Positions 26,792-40,059 of a DNA stretch of 64,000 nucleotides are shown one piece after another (position 1 is the first letter of the stretch; every line of letters starts with the position of its first letter). A program made the translations under genes and the position numbers. Origin of the DNA: Marsupella aquatica (lineage: Eukaryota; Plantae; Marchantiophyta); contig OZ316898.1 of assembly GCA_973895155.1 (NCBI GenBank), positions 21,543,305 to 21,607,304 on the forward strand, read 5' to 3'. The notes under the pieces are model-generated. The model had not been told where the DNA came from. It searched no databases and saw nothing but the letters and a program-made list of their open reading frames with translations.

Positions 26792-28604
26792 TGGATCTTG
26801 CAGGCTGAACAATATACTGCTTACTTCTTAAGATATATGCTATGAAACCAGGCAGAGACAAGACAGCCACAAACGCAAGTTATAACAAAAGAAAGCACAT
26901 ACAGATGACAAGCAGAAACGAAACCCTCGGGTTGACAGAAATCGTAGCAACAGAGGAAGCGACAGAGGAAAGAGCACCACAAGGATGAAAACTACGGTAC
27001 AAGGCCGTGAAACTCACCATCCACCAAACCCTGGATCACCGAAAACCCAGTCCAAATCCTGCAAACGCACGATGTAAGGCCATTTGATCCGCAGTGTATC
27101 ATGACAATCAATTAAACATGCAACGATTCACCACCTCAAAATTTCCAAACCAGACTGCTAGCGAATCCGCCTCACTTCAGTCTATGCCGAGGGCTCGGAC
27201 TCTTATGCCGAGGGCCTCCTCGGTCGGCAGACAAGGAGTTGATCTCGTTCCCGACCAGTTGTGCCTTGTGTAAACCCCCGGGCCTATATTTGAGACCCCC
27301 CAATGTTGATCCGTTGCCGACCTGTTGTGCCTTGTGTAACCCCCTGGCCTATATTTGAGAACCCCTAATGTATATGTTTATGGTCCTACCTTACTCCTTA
27401 ACGAGGTATTGGTACTTGGTCCTCCATTCAGGATCTCCCTTCTCGAGGCAGATCTTGCCCTCCATTCGGGATCGCCCTTCACGATGCAAATCTTGGTCCT
27501 TCATTCAGGCTGCTCTACCCGCGGCCAATCTGGACCGTCCATTCAGGGTGCTCAATCCGCAGCTAATCTCCGCCCTCCATTTAAAAATGAACGGCCAGAT
27601 TGTTAGGGTTTAGGGCGTTCCTGCATCACCATCCAACGGACAGCTGCTATTGGACGGCCCAGATTTTGTTCACCGGGCCGGTGGTTTCCTGGGCGGGCGT
27701 TACTTAATCTAGGAGAGCAGCAGGATGCGGCCACTTCCCATTTCACTTTCTGGAAACGCCGTCAGGTTGGAAGTTTGTCGTCTGTGCAGGAGCCATTTCC
27801 ATCTCGGCCGGGATGAGCTTTCTCTCGCATTCTAGTCATTCTCCTTCGTGCCTCTCATTCCGTGTTCATCGAGAGCTTGAGTAGATTTGGGTGTTTTGTC
27901 TAGGCTCGAGACGACCGGCTGTGGTGAATGTGGGTGCGGCTGTGAGTTGACTGTTGGAGCACAACTCAACTTTGAGTGGCCTGATTTTTATTTCTCTTTC
28001 CATATCAATTGCTTTGGATGTATGCCATCTTTTTGAATGCGTGCCATACTTGTTTTATTATATGCTTATGTCGGTCATTCTAATGAACATTTGCCGCTCT
28101 ATTTGGAATCTGTTAATGTTGATGCTGAACATGACTGCTGAAGGTTTTTCTCTTGTGTTACTCCCGTTCTGACCTATGTTGCCGCTGTGTAGCAATAAGA
28201 TCTAGTGGAGTAAGGACAAAGTCGCTCAATCATGCCTCCGAAAACATTCCAAGGTGTTTTGACTGTTTTCTTGCATTTAGTTTTGTTCAGTACTCCCTCC
28301 GCGTTCGGGGCCGCTTCAGTTGTAGACTGCTAGGGGTTGCTTGACACTCGTTCATCTCTTCCCTTGTAGGACTCATCTTGAATCGTTACAGACCCAAAAC
28401 GAGGCTTCGGCTAACTGATCAATGCTTTCCCCATGAATGATGAAGCAGAGATCGCCAGAGAGCTTGCACCTTTGATGCAAGTGGAGTTTGATAGTTTAAA
28501 CATCAGTGCGAGAGGAGCTTAATAAGGGTTTAATGATTGCCAGCCAGATTCCAGATTCCAGACCAGAATTTGAACTCCCAGAATTGCTAGATAATTTATT
28601 TGAT

Positions 28605-30366
28605 TGTGCCACGGATCGTACTCGGAGAGGTGGTGGGACTCTGCTACCTCCGGTATGAGGCACGTCCTCATTAAGAACCCATTGTCCACTACCCCCTCGG
28701 CCAGGAGGCTAGAGGACTGGTATTTAGCTCCCTTGCCCCCAGGAGCCCGCGACTCTACTCAGTTTATCCCCTCGGGTAAGCCCAAAATCATTTTCAGATG
28801 TGCCTCATTGAGACACATCACTCTCCCGTGCGCTCGGGTTTGTTGACGAGCCTCGGTCGAAGTTCTGAATGAACTCCGTCATATCCTGCCCGTAGTACCT
28901 GTTTCCGTTCCAAGGGAGAGAGGCGAGGTGCTCAAACCCTTGGGTCTTCAGATAGCATGCATGCTTGGGGTGGAGGATGTTCTTGTGAACATTGTCCCCC
29001 ATGCGATGCATGGTCAGCTTGGCTATCGCAACCGTGGCCAAAGGCAACCCGGATACGGCTGCGGGTTCCTTCCTCTTCCTACCCCGAGACTGATTCCCGG
29101 GGTGACTAGAAGAAGGGGACATCTCTCCTTCCTCTCGGTCAGGTGGTGGTAGCGCAACTGCCGTGAGTATTGGTGTCGGGGCCGCTAGATTTACCATGTT
29201 ATCCCCTCGGGCTTGCTGGAGTGATGCTGGGTTGTTCGGCGCTTGTTGAGTCGTACCCCGCGGCCGTCGATTTAGGGGAGGGTGAGCCTCCTCGTCTTTG
29301 GAGCTAATATTCACCGCATTCACCATGGATCATACTCGGAGAGGTGGTGGGACCGGTGGCGGGGACCGGTTCGGTTGAGGCCAAGGAGGTGTAGGTGCGG
29401 GTACGGGCACGGGTTGGCCGGCACTGGTCGTTGATGGTAGAGTTGCCATGAAGTTCTGCAGGTGCCGGTGGAGGTTTTCCAAAGCAAGTGTAGACGGCCT
29501 TGTCGACCGGGTAGTGTTGAACTCGCTGTTGATGATAGCCCGGACCCAAGCAGGGATGTGGTCAAAGTGGTGCCGCTACAAGTCGATCATGCCCGGGAGA
29601 GTGAAGACCGCATCCGGGAGCCAAAGCAATGCTTCCCAGAAGCCGATGTATTTTCCCCAGTCAAAGAAGTACCCTGATACTTCTTCGGGTTGGTAAAGCT
29701 CGCTCTGGGATGGGTAATCAAAGTTAAGGAGATAGTGGTGTCGGCCTGCTAAGCGGATGGCTCTCTCGTATTCGCGTTTGATTTTGTATCGGCGCGGGTT
29801 GGCGTGTTTTAATGAGTCGGCCAAGTGCCCTCCGATAGACAGGAACTGTGTCCAGAATCGTATGGCCAAACTGGAAAGGATCGTGTGTGACATTCAGAGG
29901 AGATAGCAGGTGACTAAGGATAAGCGAGAGAGCTGGAGTCGAAGCTGGCGCGTGGACTGAAGAACTGGTGCACTGCAAAGGATCGGCCCCCCTTTATACC
30001 CTGAGAGCTCGTCGATCGCCCGATGCCTCCTCGTCGCTTATAGGCCGAGCCTTTCACGCTCGCAGTGTACCGGCCACTTTGCCGGTCCGGGTCAGCTTGT
30101 GTCAGTGGCCGCCTCCCGGAGTTTGTTATACGGTCCCGAGGGGGGGGGGAAGGGGGCCCATTACACGCTCGCAACCCGGGCATGCGAATGGCAACCTGCC
30201 GCCAGCCCGAACATGAATTCCTCTTATTGACTAATGATTTCCTACTCATAATGGCTACCTAAATACTGTCGTTATGCTAATAATAACAACCTAAGATACC
30301 CCTAACGCGCATGCTAAGCATGGTTAGACCGAATCACTCATTACCCACCGTACCAGCGGCGTCACA
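28605..30366 (-). mobile_element. LTR-like segment (TGTG...CACA, ~1.76 kb) with a TATA box and a decayed Transposase_32/PMD-like ORF
   Basis: TG/CA ends; minus-strand GGGTATAAAGGGGGG near 29985-30001; ORF pieces 29576..29893 and 28805..29326. The flanks TTGAT and CAATA do not match, so there is no TSD. Confidence 0.55.
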
Positions 30367-30904
30367 CAATACGCCATCCAAGCGACGCAAGATTCAGGGC
30401 GCACTGCCACCAGTAAGCATAAAAAATGTAACCATTTGGAAATGCCTTCGCTCGAAGACTACATCCGACAATGACTCTAATCCATCACTTGCTGCAATTA
30501 TTGACGACGTCAATACGCCATCCAAGCAACGCAAGATTCAAGACGCAGAAGGGAATTTGGAGGTGGCGAGCACAGTAAAGAACCAGATTGAAGGCCAACG
30601 ACAGGAATTCTCGAAGGCCAATGCTTCCCGACCAAAATACCGACCCAACAATAATGCAAAAGGGAATTTGAAGGTGACAAGCACATTAAGGAACCAGATT
30701 GAAGGCTGGTACAGGAATTCTAGAAGCATTGACCAAGCTTTGTTTCCTTTGTATTTCTCACGAACCTAATTGAATGGTGACACTTTTGATGCTAACGGAG
30801 TCCAATGGTTTCAACATGAACGTTATAGCTACAAAAGACTTTAATTGGAAATGTTATGGGAGTGCGAGATTACAAGTGAGTCACCATGAATGCTAGTGGT
30901 GTAT
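30367..30904 (+). repeat. T-element module with a repeat-protein relic (TPSK.RK twice, 37-aa repeats)
   Basis: ORF 30311..30769; matches 12374-12615 directly and about 49430-49936 inverted. Confidence 0.8.
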
Positions 30905-33900
30905 CACTAGTAGAAACCGGGGCATTTCGTGACCAGACCACTTGTGACTGGGGTGACCACGCAAGTGCAACCTTTGAACATCAGTCTTATTTTTGAGACG
31001 CCATAAGACTAGATAGTCATAAGTAGTCATGTTTATGACTACTTAAGACCATTGAACTTTTTAAAAATCTTGATCTATTGAATGAGTCATTCAAGTATGA
31101 CTACATAGTCATACTTAGTCAACATAAGACAATGGCCAATAGTAAGCCAAGTCCAATTTAGTCAACAAAATTGACTTGTCCATTAATTTTCATTGTGGCC
31201 ATTGAACACTTTTTAAAATAATGTAGTGCCATATGCCTGGTTAGAGGATATTTACCCGATCCCATACACATTCTGAGCCATGGGATTACGCTTTACATAG
31301 CCATTGACTGAACTATATGCAAGGGGCATAAGGGTTTGCTAGGGAGGCTTTTTTGTGGTTTTGTGTTACATGAAGTGCAGTTTAGGCCTAACTCATCCAC
31401 ATGCATGTAACCCTTCCTGCCAAAGTTTAGGGGGGGTTGTAGCAAGACACCTAAAGGGGGTTTAGGGGGGGTTTTAGCAAGACACCTAAAGGGGGTTTAG
31501 GGGGGTTATATCACAAGGGTGGGGGGGTTATATCGATCTCAAGGGGGAGGGGGTTTAATCGGAGGACATGCACCATTGGATGGAGTTGATCGCCACCATC
31601 AGGTCAAACTTTTCCGTTCCCGCGTCCCGTTTAGTCGCACGTCCCGTTTAGTCACACATGTCTGAGCTTCCTTCGATCGGGTCCCGGGAGAGTTTGCAGA
31701 CACCACTTGAGGCGGAAGTGCATCCTTGCGGTTGGCTAGGGTGCGCATTTCCTTCACTTTCCCTCGATGTTTACGAGCTCATTGTGGTGGTGTGGGTCCC
31801 GTCCATGCGTGCTCCCATTGTTGTGGCTTCCATCGCTGCGTGCTGGACACATTTAAGTCTTCCATTGCAAGTAGAGCGCATTTGCAGCTGCTTCAAGGGA
31901 GGTGATCACTACTGCTGCGGAAGGAGGGAGTCAGTCGGGAGTTTCGCTACTGCTGCGGAAGGCACTGCACAAGCTTTACTAATGCGGGACCTGTGTGGGA
32001 GGCGTAATAAAAGACTTAGGATCAAAGCCCGATGCTGTCTAATCTCATTGCTTAGGGTGAAGTCTACTGCTATCCTTCTCTTCCAAGTGTATTGTGAGCT
32101 CAAACAACGTACGTGGGATTCCTGTGGTCTTACCGTTCAAGCTGCGACCAGTCTCAGGAGCAGCTCCTCAATCATCCCGGGCATTGGAGCTTAGTGAACT
32201 GTAAGTGCGTGCATACCCTTCCAGCTGCGTCTTTTACTAAGGAGCTCATCAATCTTCTTGGGCATTGGAGTTGAAGTTATAGTTGAAGCCAAACCTTATT
32301 CAGTTCTTGGTGGGCATGAGAACTGAGCGCACAACGCACATTGGCAGCAACAAGGTCCAGGGACCATTTTTGTAGTTGCAAGTAGTGACGGTTTTGCTTT
32401 GGGAGTTGGGAGCTCCTACGAAGGAGGTCAGCTGAACAAGCCTCATTGCTATTGGGAGTTGGCATTGGCAAGGAGGGCGAAGGGAACGGATTGGCAGCTG
32501 CAAGCTACATTGGAGTTGTTGCGACTAACTCAGGACATTGCAAGGGTGTGTTTCGGGTGAGTTTTTGGTTGAAGAACCGGGAAGAGCCTGCGGTTTGCCA
32601 TCAAGGAGCTGTAGTTGGAGACCGGCCCTCGTACCTGCATTCTTCCATCCAGCACATGGGTGAGCGAAAGTCCATTCTTATCTCTCATTGTTTTTCTCTG
32701 ACTCGTGCTTTGATCCAATGTATGTATTGCTGCTATGTCACCCTGTGAAGAGAGACTGGACATTGTAGCTACTCATTCTTGATCATGTCATCAGGCATAG
32801 GACCTCAACTACGACGGAAAGATACCACATTCTGTGGGATCGATAGGACTGTTGTGCCTTGCGACATCGGTCACAGTGTGAGGAAAGGAGCAAGTTCACT
32901 ACATTGCAGACGTCCAAGTGGCTCTATGCTTTGCTTTTATCAACCTACGACCGGCCAGCTGCGCGCTGTGATTTCAGTTTAGGGTGGTCTTTGGAGCTTC
33001 ACATTTTCCCCGAACACACAGGTGCCTTCCTCTGTCTCTTCTTCTATAGCTCTGTCTTGTGCTTTCATCGAAGCCCCTTGCAATCGGATGTTGAATGTGA
33101 AGACAAGACTGATTGTTGACACTGTACTGAATGCTAAGCCTCCTCTAAATCAATTCTGAGATGGGACTGAATGTTGAGATTCATGTTAGGTTTTTTGTGG
33201 TCGGAACACTCTGCGAAGCATTTCAATATATATGCATCCGAGTTCCCAATAAGTATTGACAGCCATCGCAGTCTAAAGTGGGCCTCTGGTAGTATTGTGC
33301 ATTGGGGGCGCGCACTCAATAGGAAACTTGTAGTTGGTTTTACCAACAACAGAAGCTGCATTTTTGAGACAATTCCATGGACATAAAATATCCAATTGGA
33401 CGTCGGAATGAAGACATGATCTCTAACTATCTTGCACTATATGTCCTTTGAACTGCATTCTTAGATAGCCCAAATAGTTGAATTCCAAGTGGGACAGTTC
33501 ACAATCCACAGAGTTGAACCAATTCTGAAATAGAATATAATTCTGAAATAAAATATTTTCATTCTGAGAGTCATAAAGTCAAAACTAGTTCATTTTAACT
33601 TTGGCCACTGTCTGGCATGAAAGTCTGGAATGCATATACATATTCGATATCTTCATGTCTGTTTCATGCATACATTCTTGGCGGTGACTGCTGTATTCAA
33701 CCTCCAATGTCCCGTGCATGTGTGAACAATTGTTTCACTCAGGTTTTTTCAATTCTTTCCGCTCTGTCTTTGAATGTGCTATTCATGAATCACTTTGTCT
33801 TTGAATGTGCTCAGGCATTTGTTTTGTGTTCTTCGTGTCCCTAGTATTAAGACTTCATTTTGGTGCAGGTGGAGTGCAAAAAGGCAAGAGTTCTAATTCA

Positions 33901-35140
33901 GTCCTATTTGCGAGCTTGTATTTGAATGTAGTATTTTGGCTTCGATTGGCTCCTCTGTTTTGCTAGCTTCGAAATGTCTGCTCATAACATTTTTTGATGA
34001 ACATAGGTATGGACAGAATAGAGTAATTGGGAATTCAGATCATATTGTTGTGTGCTTTGTTGGGGATCCTCATGTGTATGTAACTGCATACACATTCTAC
34101 CTGAGGGCAGTATGCCTGTACACCTCAGGTAGAACCAAGTACTATCTGTCGCATGATATAATTCCACTACACTTCTATATTAATGTTGCCTAAGTGCTTT
34201 ATTGTATTTTTTGGTTGAAATGATGTCACTTGCATTTCATAGTCAGTCTTAGTTGGTTGGCTTGGTATTCATTTGCTTTTCACTCCCTGGGGCTAGTGAA
34301 TTTGTTTGCTGTCACTGAGTTTCTTGCGTAAGAACTAGATGTTGTTCATTTTCTCGATCCATGCTCTGTTTTGCTCTGTTTCCTCTGTTTTGCTGGCTTC
34401 TTCATGTCTGCTCATAACATTTTTCAGATCGTGTAGTTATGGATAGAACATAGTAATTGGGATCATACTGTCTTCTGCTCTGTTGGGGATCCTCTTTGAA
34501 TATATATATACTTGGTCACATGTATTGAGCTTGGAGGCAGTTTTTTTATTCCCATCTTCATTTTGTCAAGTGACCTTTCTGCCACCCCCTTTTGGTGGCC
34601 TCTTTTTTAGGAAGCTCCTTATTGTGAACACAGTCTGTACTTTGGTTATGAAGTTTGACTGAGTGCTGCGGGCCAATTCCTGTGCCGACCTGTGCTGTAA
34701 TTTGCTTTGTTTTGCATCCACTCTTTAGTTTCCTTCTATTTTATCGACGAGTTTCATGCATATCATGTTTATAAGAGCTTTTGTGCTGATGCACAATATA
34801 GTTGTGCCAACTGAATGCCAATCTACCTACACTCCTGCTCAGTTCACTCTTGCAAGCAGTGAACTACCTCTCTGCTGCTCACTGTAGGGTGAGACTTTCA
34901 GTCTTTCTGGATATTGTAGTTTGCAACATTGTTCATTAGGAGTGTTTCATGCTATGTTTATACTATGACCTCTAGTTGGAACCAAGGGAATGACACAGTG
35001 AGTGGGAACTGATTAGTCTCTCTTCTGGTTGTTGTTGGAGAGGCAATTACAGTTCCTGCTGACCTTGCTGATCGAAGGACGTTTGAGGACGTGAACACAA
35101 GACATCTGAACAACAACAACAGTTATGGTGAGCACCCGCA

Positions 35141-35578
35141 ATGCTGAACATGATTGTGCGGCTTGCATGCAAGGCAGAGAGGTTGCGCCTTGAGTATGTC
35201 AGACTTGGGATCCTTCCTGCCCAGTCTGCATGGTACTTTGAGTACCTTGTTGTTGCCAGGAATAACTACAGCCGGCCTGTACCTACTTCTCCACCCTTCC
35301 CAACATCCTTGGTATTTCTGTCTCTCGTACATGACCCACCACAAATTAGGGCCCAAGGGTGTGTACACAGTTGCCAATATGACTGTCCTGCCTGTCGGGC
35401 ATCTGGCCCAGAGTTGGATGACCGTTCTCTTGGATGTCAATTTTTGCATAGAGCACAATGTATCATCTGGAACCACTCGCCATCCTGTAGTGTGCCTGGC
35501 AATGTCACTTGTCCTGGCCTCCCAGACCCCACCACTGGTGCTTTTGGTGTCTACACATGTTTGGATCACACGCTGTAG
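35141..35578 (+). CDS. Cys/His-rich ORF within the CACTA interval, possibly a zinc-finger relic
   Basis: CVHSCQYDCPAC..C..LH...C..TCLDH; no family recognised. Confidence 0.3.
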   Translation: MLNMIVRLACKAERLRLEYVRLGILPAQSAWYFEYLVVARNNYSRPVPTSPPFPTSLVFLSLVHDPPQIRAQGCVHSCQYDCPACRASGPELDDRSLGCQFLHRAQCIIWNHSPSCSVPGNVTCPGLPDPTTGAFGVYTCLDHTL

Positions 35579-36374
35579 AGGAGCACAGTTTGTCACCCCG
35601 TATGCACAGACCAGAGTGGAATGACCTCACACTTAATGCTCTGACTTAAGCACCAAGGATATTAATTTAAAATTTTGAAGTATGAGAAATTTTGGGTAAA
35701 GTGTTTAGGGTCCAGAGTATATAACTTATCCTATTTTGGCTGCACTAAGTGGAATATTATAATGTAAGAATTAAGCAAGCTCTCTTTAAATTCTCCATTC
35801 AAAGATTGCTTTAATGTCTACTTTAACTTGGCCAACATTGTAACATTCTATGACATAATTAATGGGCCATGCGATAACCTGCAAACATCCCTTACACGTA
35901 TGACTTATTTGTCTCACTATCATAGCCTATATAGGATGTATAAACTAAGTACAACCCTCATCACATTGCTTGATCCCAATCTTGTTGGAAAAATGCCTAT
36001 TTTTCATGTGATGACTATTGTATGTGATTCAAATGCATGAAATGTTGTTGCAGATCTTTTTTGGTGAATCACATCCACGAATTTGAGGTGTTGGTGGAGC
36101 AATTGTACTAGGGGTTCAGTTTTGTGTGTGGGCTCAACAAACCAAAAGTATGTCTGCTCTGCATCCTTGTGTGGCCATTGCAATTCATTGTAGTAGCAAA
36201 TGCCTTTGTACCTTAAATGCTAAATTTTACTTTCTGTGAAGTCTGCTAAAGTACATTGTCTGTACAGTCTGCCAAAATGTATTGCCTGTACCGTCTACTT
36301 AATTGTACTGTCTGTCTCATGCGTAGGTATGGCACGCCCCAAAATTCCAGCGAAAAAGCATGTGATCGATAGAG

Positions 36375-39300
36375 GTGAGCAACACAGGTGTACCTGGGCC
36401 ACATGTTACTAACTTCTCTACAAGTCAGATTTTCCAGAAGGCAGCTCATTGTTGTGCCATTTGTGACGATGGTGGGAGCTTGGTAATCTGTGAGGGCCCT
36501 TGCATGAGGCATTTCCACCTCAACCCGGAGTCTCACCTTGCTGCAAAAAACAATTGTCCAGGGGTGGGCCTCCCGTCAACACACCAGGGAGACTGGATGT
36601 GCACTGGTTGTTTGGAAAAGCAGGCTAAGTGTGCACAGTGTGGGAAGTTGGGGTCCTATGAGGGCTCTGTTGATGCTGCACCGGATGTTAGGAAATGTCC
36701 AGACCATTTTTGTGTGAGGTTTGTCTGTTTTGAGTGTTTGCCTGCTCATGCCACAACTTGCTGTCAAACACTTGTCAAGGAGCTTAAGCGGCTTTTCTCC
36801 CCAAAAGACTACCTAATACCTTCTCCATATCATACCAGGGTCACAAAAAGATTTACAAAACTTTTGAAATGTGCCTACAATGTCTAATCACTCCATACAT
36901 AAGTAGTTTCAACTCTCCACTTCTAGAGAGGTAGTCCCCTTGACTACTTTTGTACTCACACCCTTCCTCTCTCCTCTACTCCAAGGATCAGCAAGGGGGA
37001 TCTCCGCTCCAAGCTATCACCTTAGAGTAGATTCTCACACAAACACCCAAGAACCAAAGTACTTTCCTCTTCAAGCTTAAGTCTCCTCAAGACCCTCAAA
37101 GTAGTGTTACCCCTCAACCTTGCCCCCTGGCCTTGGTTTGGGTCCACACATCCCCCTTTGAGCTCTAGAGAAGGCTCCTCTATCTAAGGACTCTTCCTCG
37201 TGTTCTTACTTCTTGTTAACACCACACACCAAGCAAAATACTTTCCCCCCTCAAGCTATAATCCTTTCTAAGTCTCAAAGTAGTGCTCTACCTTAACCTT
37301 GCCTCCTTGGCCTTGGTTTTGTACTAGCACATCCCCTTTGAGCTTAGACCAAGATTACATCATAGCATGGACTCTTCTCTTGCTCTCATATACTTCAAAT
37401 GCACTCACACTTAATGGTCACAATGAAGATTGGCAAGTCTCCTTTTATTGCATCACCTTTACAACAAAAGTTCACTACACATTCTCCACACTAAGCATGG
37501 ACCACCTCTCCCTTCTCAAGCTTAGCCCTACCTTGGCAAGGTAGAGATTCCACTTAAGAGATGAGACTCCCGGTCCCTAACAAATAAAAACTTACTCCTT
37601 ATATACTATTCTCCTTCCACACCACACCAAGCTTGACCTGGGGTCCAACTACTCCTCCCCCAAGTCCTCCTAACACACAAAGTCCAACTCTATAGTTCGT
37701 AGCCCACCCTACAACCTATTGTTTGCACTCCTTCCAAGCCCTGGAATATGCCACACATGAGTTGCATGCTTTGACCTCCAAACCTTCTCCCACTTATGGT
37801 CCTCCTCACCAGCTTCCCAACCCACTTGAAAGCTTGCAAAAAGAGTGAGTGAGTCTCAAGGTGTGCCTAGTCAAAGATGGCCTTATTTTACTTGTAACCC
37901 CTTTACTACCTAAGTAAACTACCCCCTATACTTACTTTTCTTAACATGATGGCCTTACACCTTTGAAAAAAGGTAAGTACCCTTCCCTAGAGCCTAACTA
38001 AAGTGGTATGGGTGCAAGAAAGATCAGCCCCTAAATCTGGTAGTTATTCCCCTATGCCGACTTTGGTTTGCAAGCTATCGGGACCCCCTCGTGGCCTTGG
38101 CTAAAAATATATTTGAGTGACTCTTTTTCTGGGTTTCCACCTTCACCAAGGGGTGCCTTATCTTCCCCTAACTCAACACAAAAAAAATTGGGCCCCAACG
38201 GATACCCTAGCCAAAGTTATGTCCATTCTCCCAAGGCCAGTTTTTGGTGTAAAGCGGGTGTAAGCGACGACCCGATTACACTTACGTTATACACCCCTTA
38301 TGGAGATTCCAGATGTCACCAGGGGAGAGTACTCTCATTATACTCACGTTTCTTATGAAGAATTTGATAAGGACATCAATTTTTGCAGCCATTTTCCTCT
38401 CTCTTGAATTCAATCTGAAAGTGCATCATTCTCTATTGGATTCTAATGGTAGCAGGTCAATCTACAGCTCAACCAGGTTTGCAGCACCCTTCTCAGTCCA
38501 CCTCCATAGCCATCCAGCCTTGCAAGTGATTCAAAATCGCAGCAGAATTTTGCAGCAGCCATAGCCCACCAATTCACAGCTAGCAGCACAACAGCACATT
38601 CGAAGCACAGCAACAGATTCGAAGCACAGCAACAGCAGCCATAGCTTGATTCCTTCTCAGCAACTAGCTCTATTCCAATCACTCATCCAAGCAGGTCTCT
38701 CTTCTCAATTTTGCAACTGCCCACCTCTGCAATTTCGTAGCTAGCAGCAATCCTATTTTGCAGCCATAGCTCTTCAATTCGCAGCAGTAGCCCTCTTCCT
38801 TGTTGATCCGCTAATCAATTCTTGTGCAGCAGTCCATCTGATCAGCCGCCAGCCCTTCAATTTCGTAGCCCACCATAGCTCACAGCCAACCAACTAGCTC
38901 TTGCTCAGCAGCAGCCTATTTCTCCATAGCAAGCAGCTCTATTCCAATCAACAGCATCAAGCAGCCAGCCAATTCTAATCAGCATCCCATGCCTGAAGCT
39001 ATAGTAGCTCAATTCAATTTCGTAGTTGCCTCTTGATCCCAATTCAAAGCAAGCATCTCATGTATTGACCCTTATGGTGTTCCTGACCTCGTGCTTGAGT
39101 CGCCCCGGCCTCGTGCTTAAGTCGTGGTCGCCGCCGACGCGGTTGACACTTAGAAAAATTTTGGATTTTTTTGTTGGGAAAACAGTATTTACAGGCCGTT
39201 TTGGATCGCCCCCAAAAATCACATATGAGTCCAAAATGACTTCTGAGTATATATACATATTTTCTGGACATAGGACTATGTCCTGGTTTACTAATATCTA

Positions 39301-40059
39301 AACAAAACCTTATCACCGATTTTCTAAAATTAGGTAAAGTGGGTCAATTATTATGTTTTCCAAAATTCTTCTCACCTTTGAGATGCTCCCAAAAAGTAAC
39401 CAAAGATACCCAGCTTCTACCACAAGTTTCCAGAGATAGAGTGGACCATATTTAACCCACTTCCAAACTTGGAACTCCTAAATTTACTCATCAGCTATTT
39501 TTCCCGGGACCCGCTATTTTGTTAATTTAAGTCACACCAAAACACAAGGAAACCCTAGGTTGAGACCCCACTTGACATCTAACTTTTTAGGGGTGCTCTA
39601 GGGACCTCCTAGCATCTATGGGAAAAATATGAACCAAAACTAAGACTTCAAGTGTCGGGTTGTTTCCCCGGCTTGGAATAGTCGCCTAGTCTAAATAAGG
39701 ACGGAACGTTGTATGCCCCATCATAAAGACCTTCTTATCCCTTGTCACTTGTTTAGAACTCAGTAACCTTCCATTCCACTTTCTTTCCTATTCTACCTAC
39801 TTAAGTTCCTAAAACCTAGTTACTCCGATAGCACTTAAAACGTCTTTCTTACTATTCCTTGTTCAAAAAGCAAAAAAATGACAAGTTTCTTACATAAACC
39901 TATATCGAGCCATTCCACACTTGCCCAATTCATAGGTGCAAGGCATGTGGTGAGCATGATGATGAGTACTTGGCTGACATAGTCCACTGTGCTAGGTGTC
40001 CCACTATGTGGCACTATCATTGCTTGAAAGATCGTCAAGCAGAGGGTTATGCTTGTGAC
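36375..40059 (+). pseudogene. EDM2-like atypical PHD-finger exon split by a solo LTR
   Basis: 36375-36761 encodes CAICDDGGSLVICEGPCMRHFH..C..WMCTGCLEKQAKCAQCGKLGS..DVRKC....C.RF. Removing the LTR and one TSD joins it in frame to 39925 onward: CPIHRCKAC..VHCARCPTMWHYHCL. Spacing resembles the EDM2/NSD-type PHD cluster (recalled, not searched). Confidence 0.82.
36762..39919. mobile_element. Solo LTR-like insertion, 3158 bp, TG...CA, TSD CTTGC
   Basis: CTTGC at 36757-36761 and 39920-39924; ends TGTCAAAC and CATTCCACA; removal restores the PHD reading frame. Confidence 0.92.

Larger units (their letters stand above)
30905..40059 (+). mobile_element. CACTA (En/Spm) transposon, left portion only
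   Basis: Begins CACTAGTAGAAA exactly where similarity to the empty paralogs (12615, 49427) breaks after GTGTAT. Dense GTGAC/ATGAC/GTCAT subterminal repeats to about 31180. No matching right end and no transposase in the window, so the internal extent is inferred. Confidence 0.75.
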
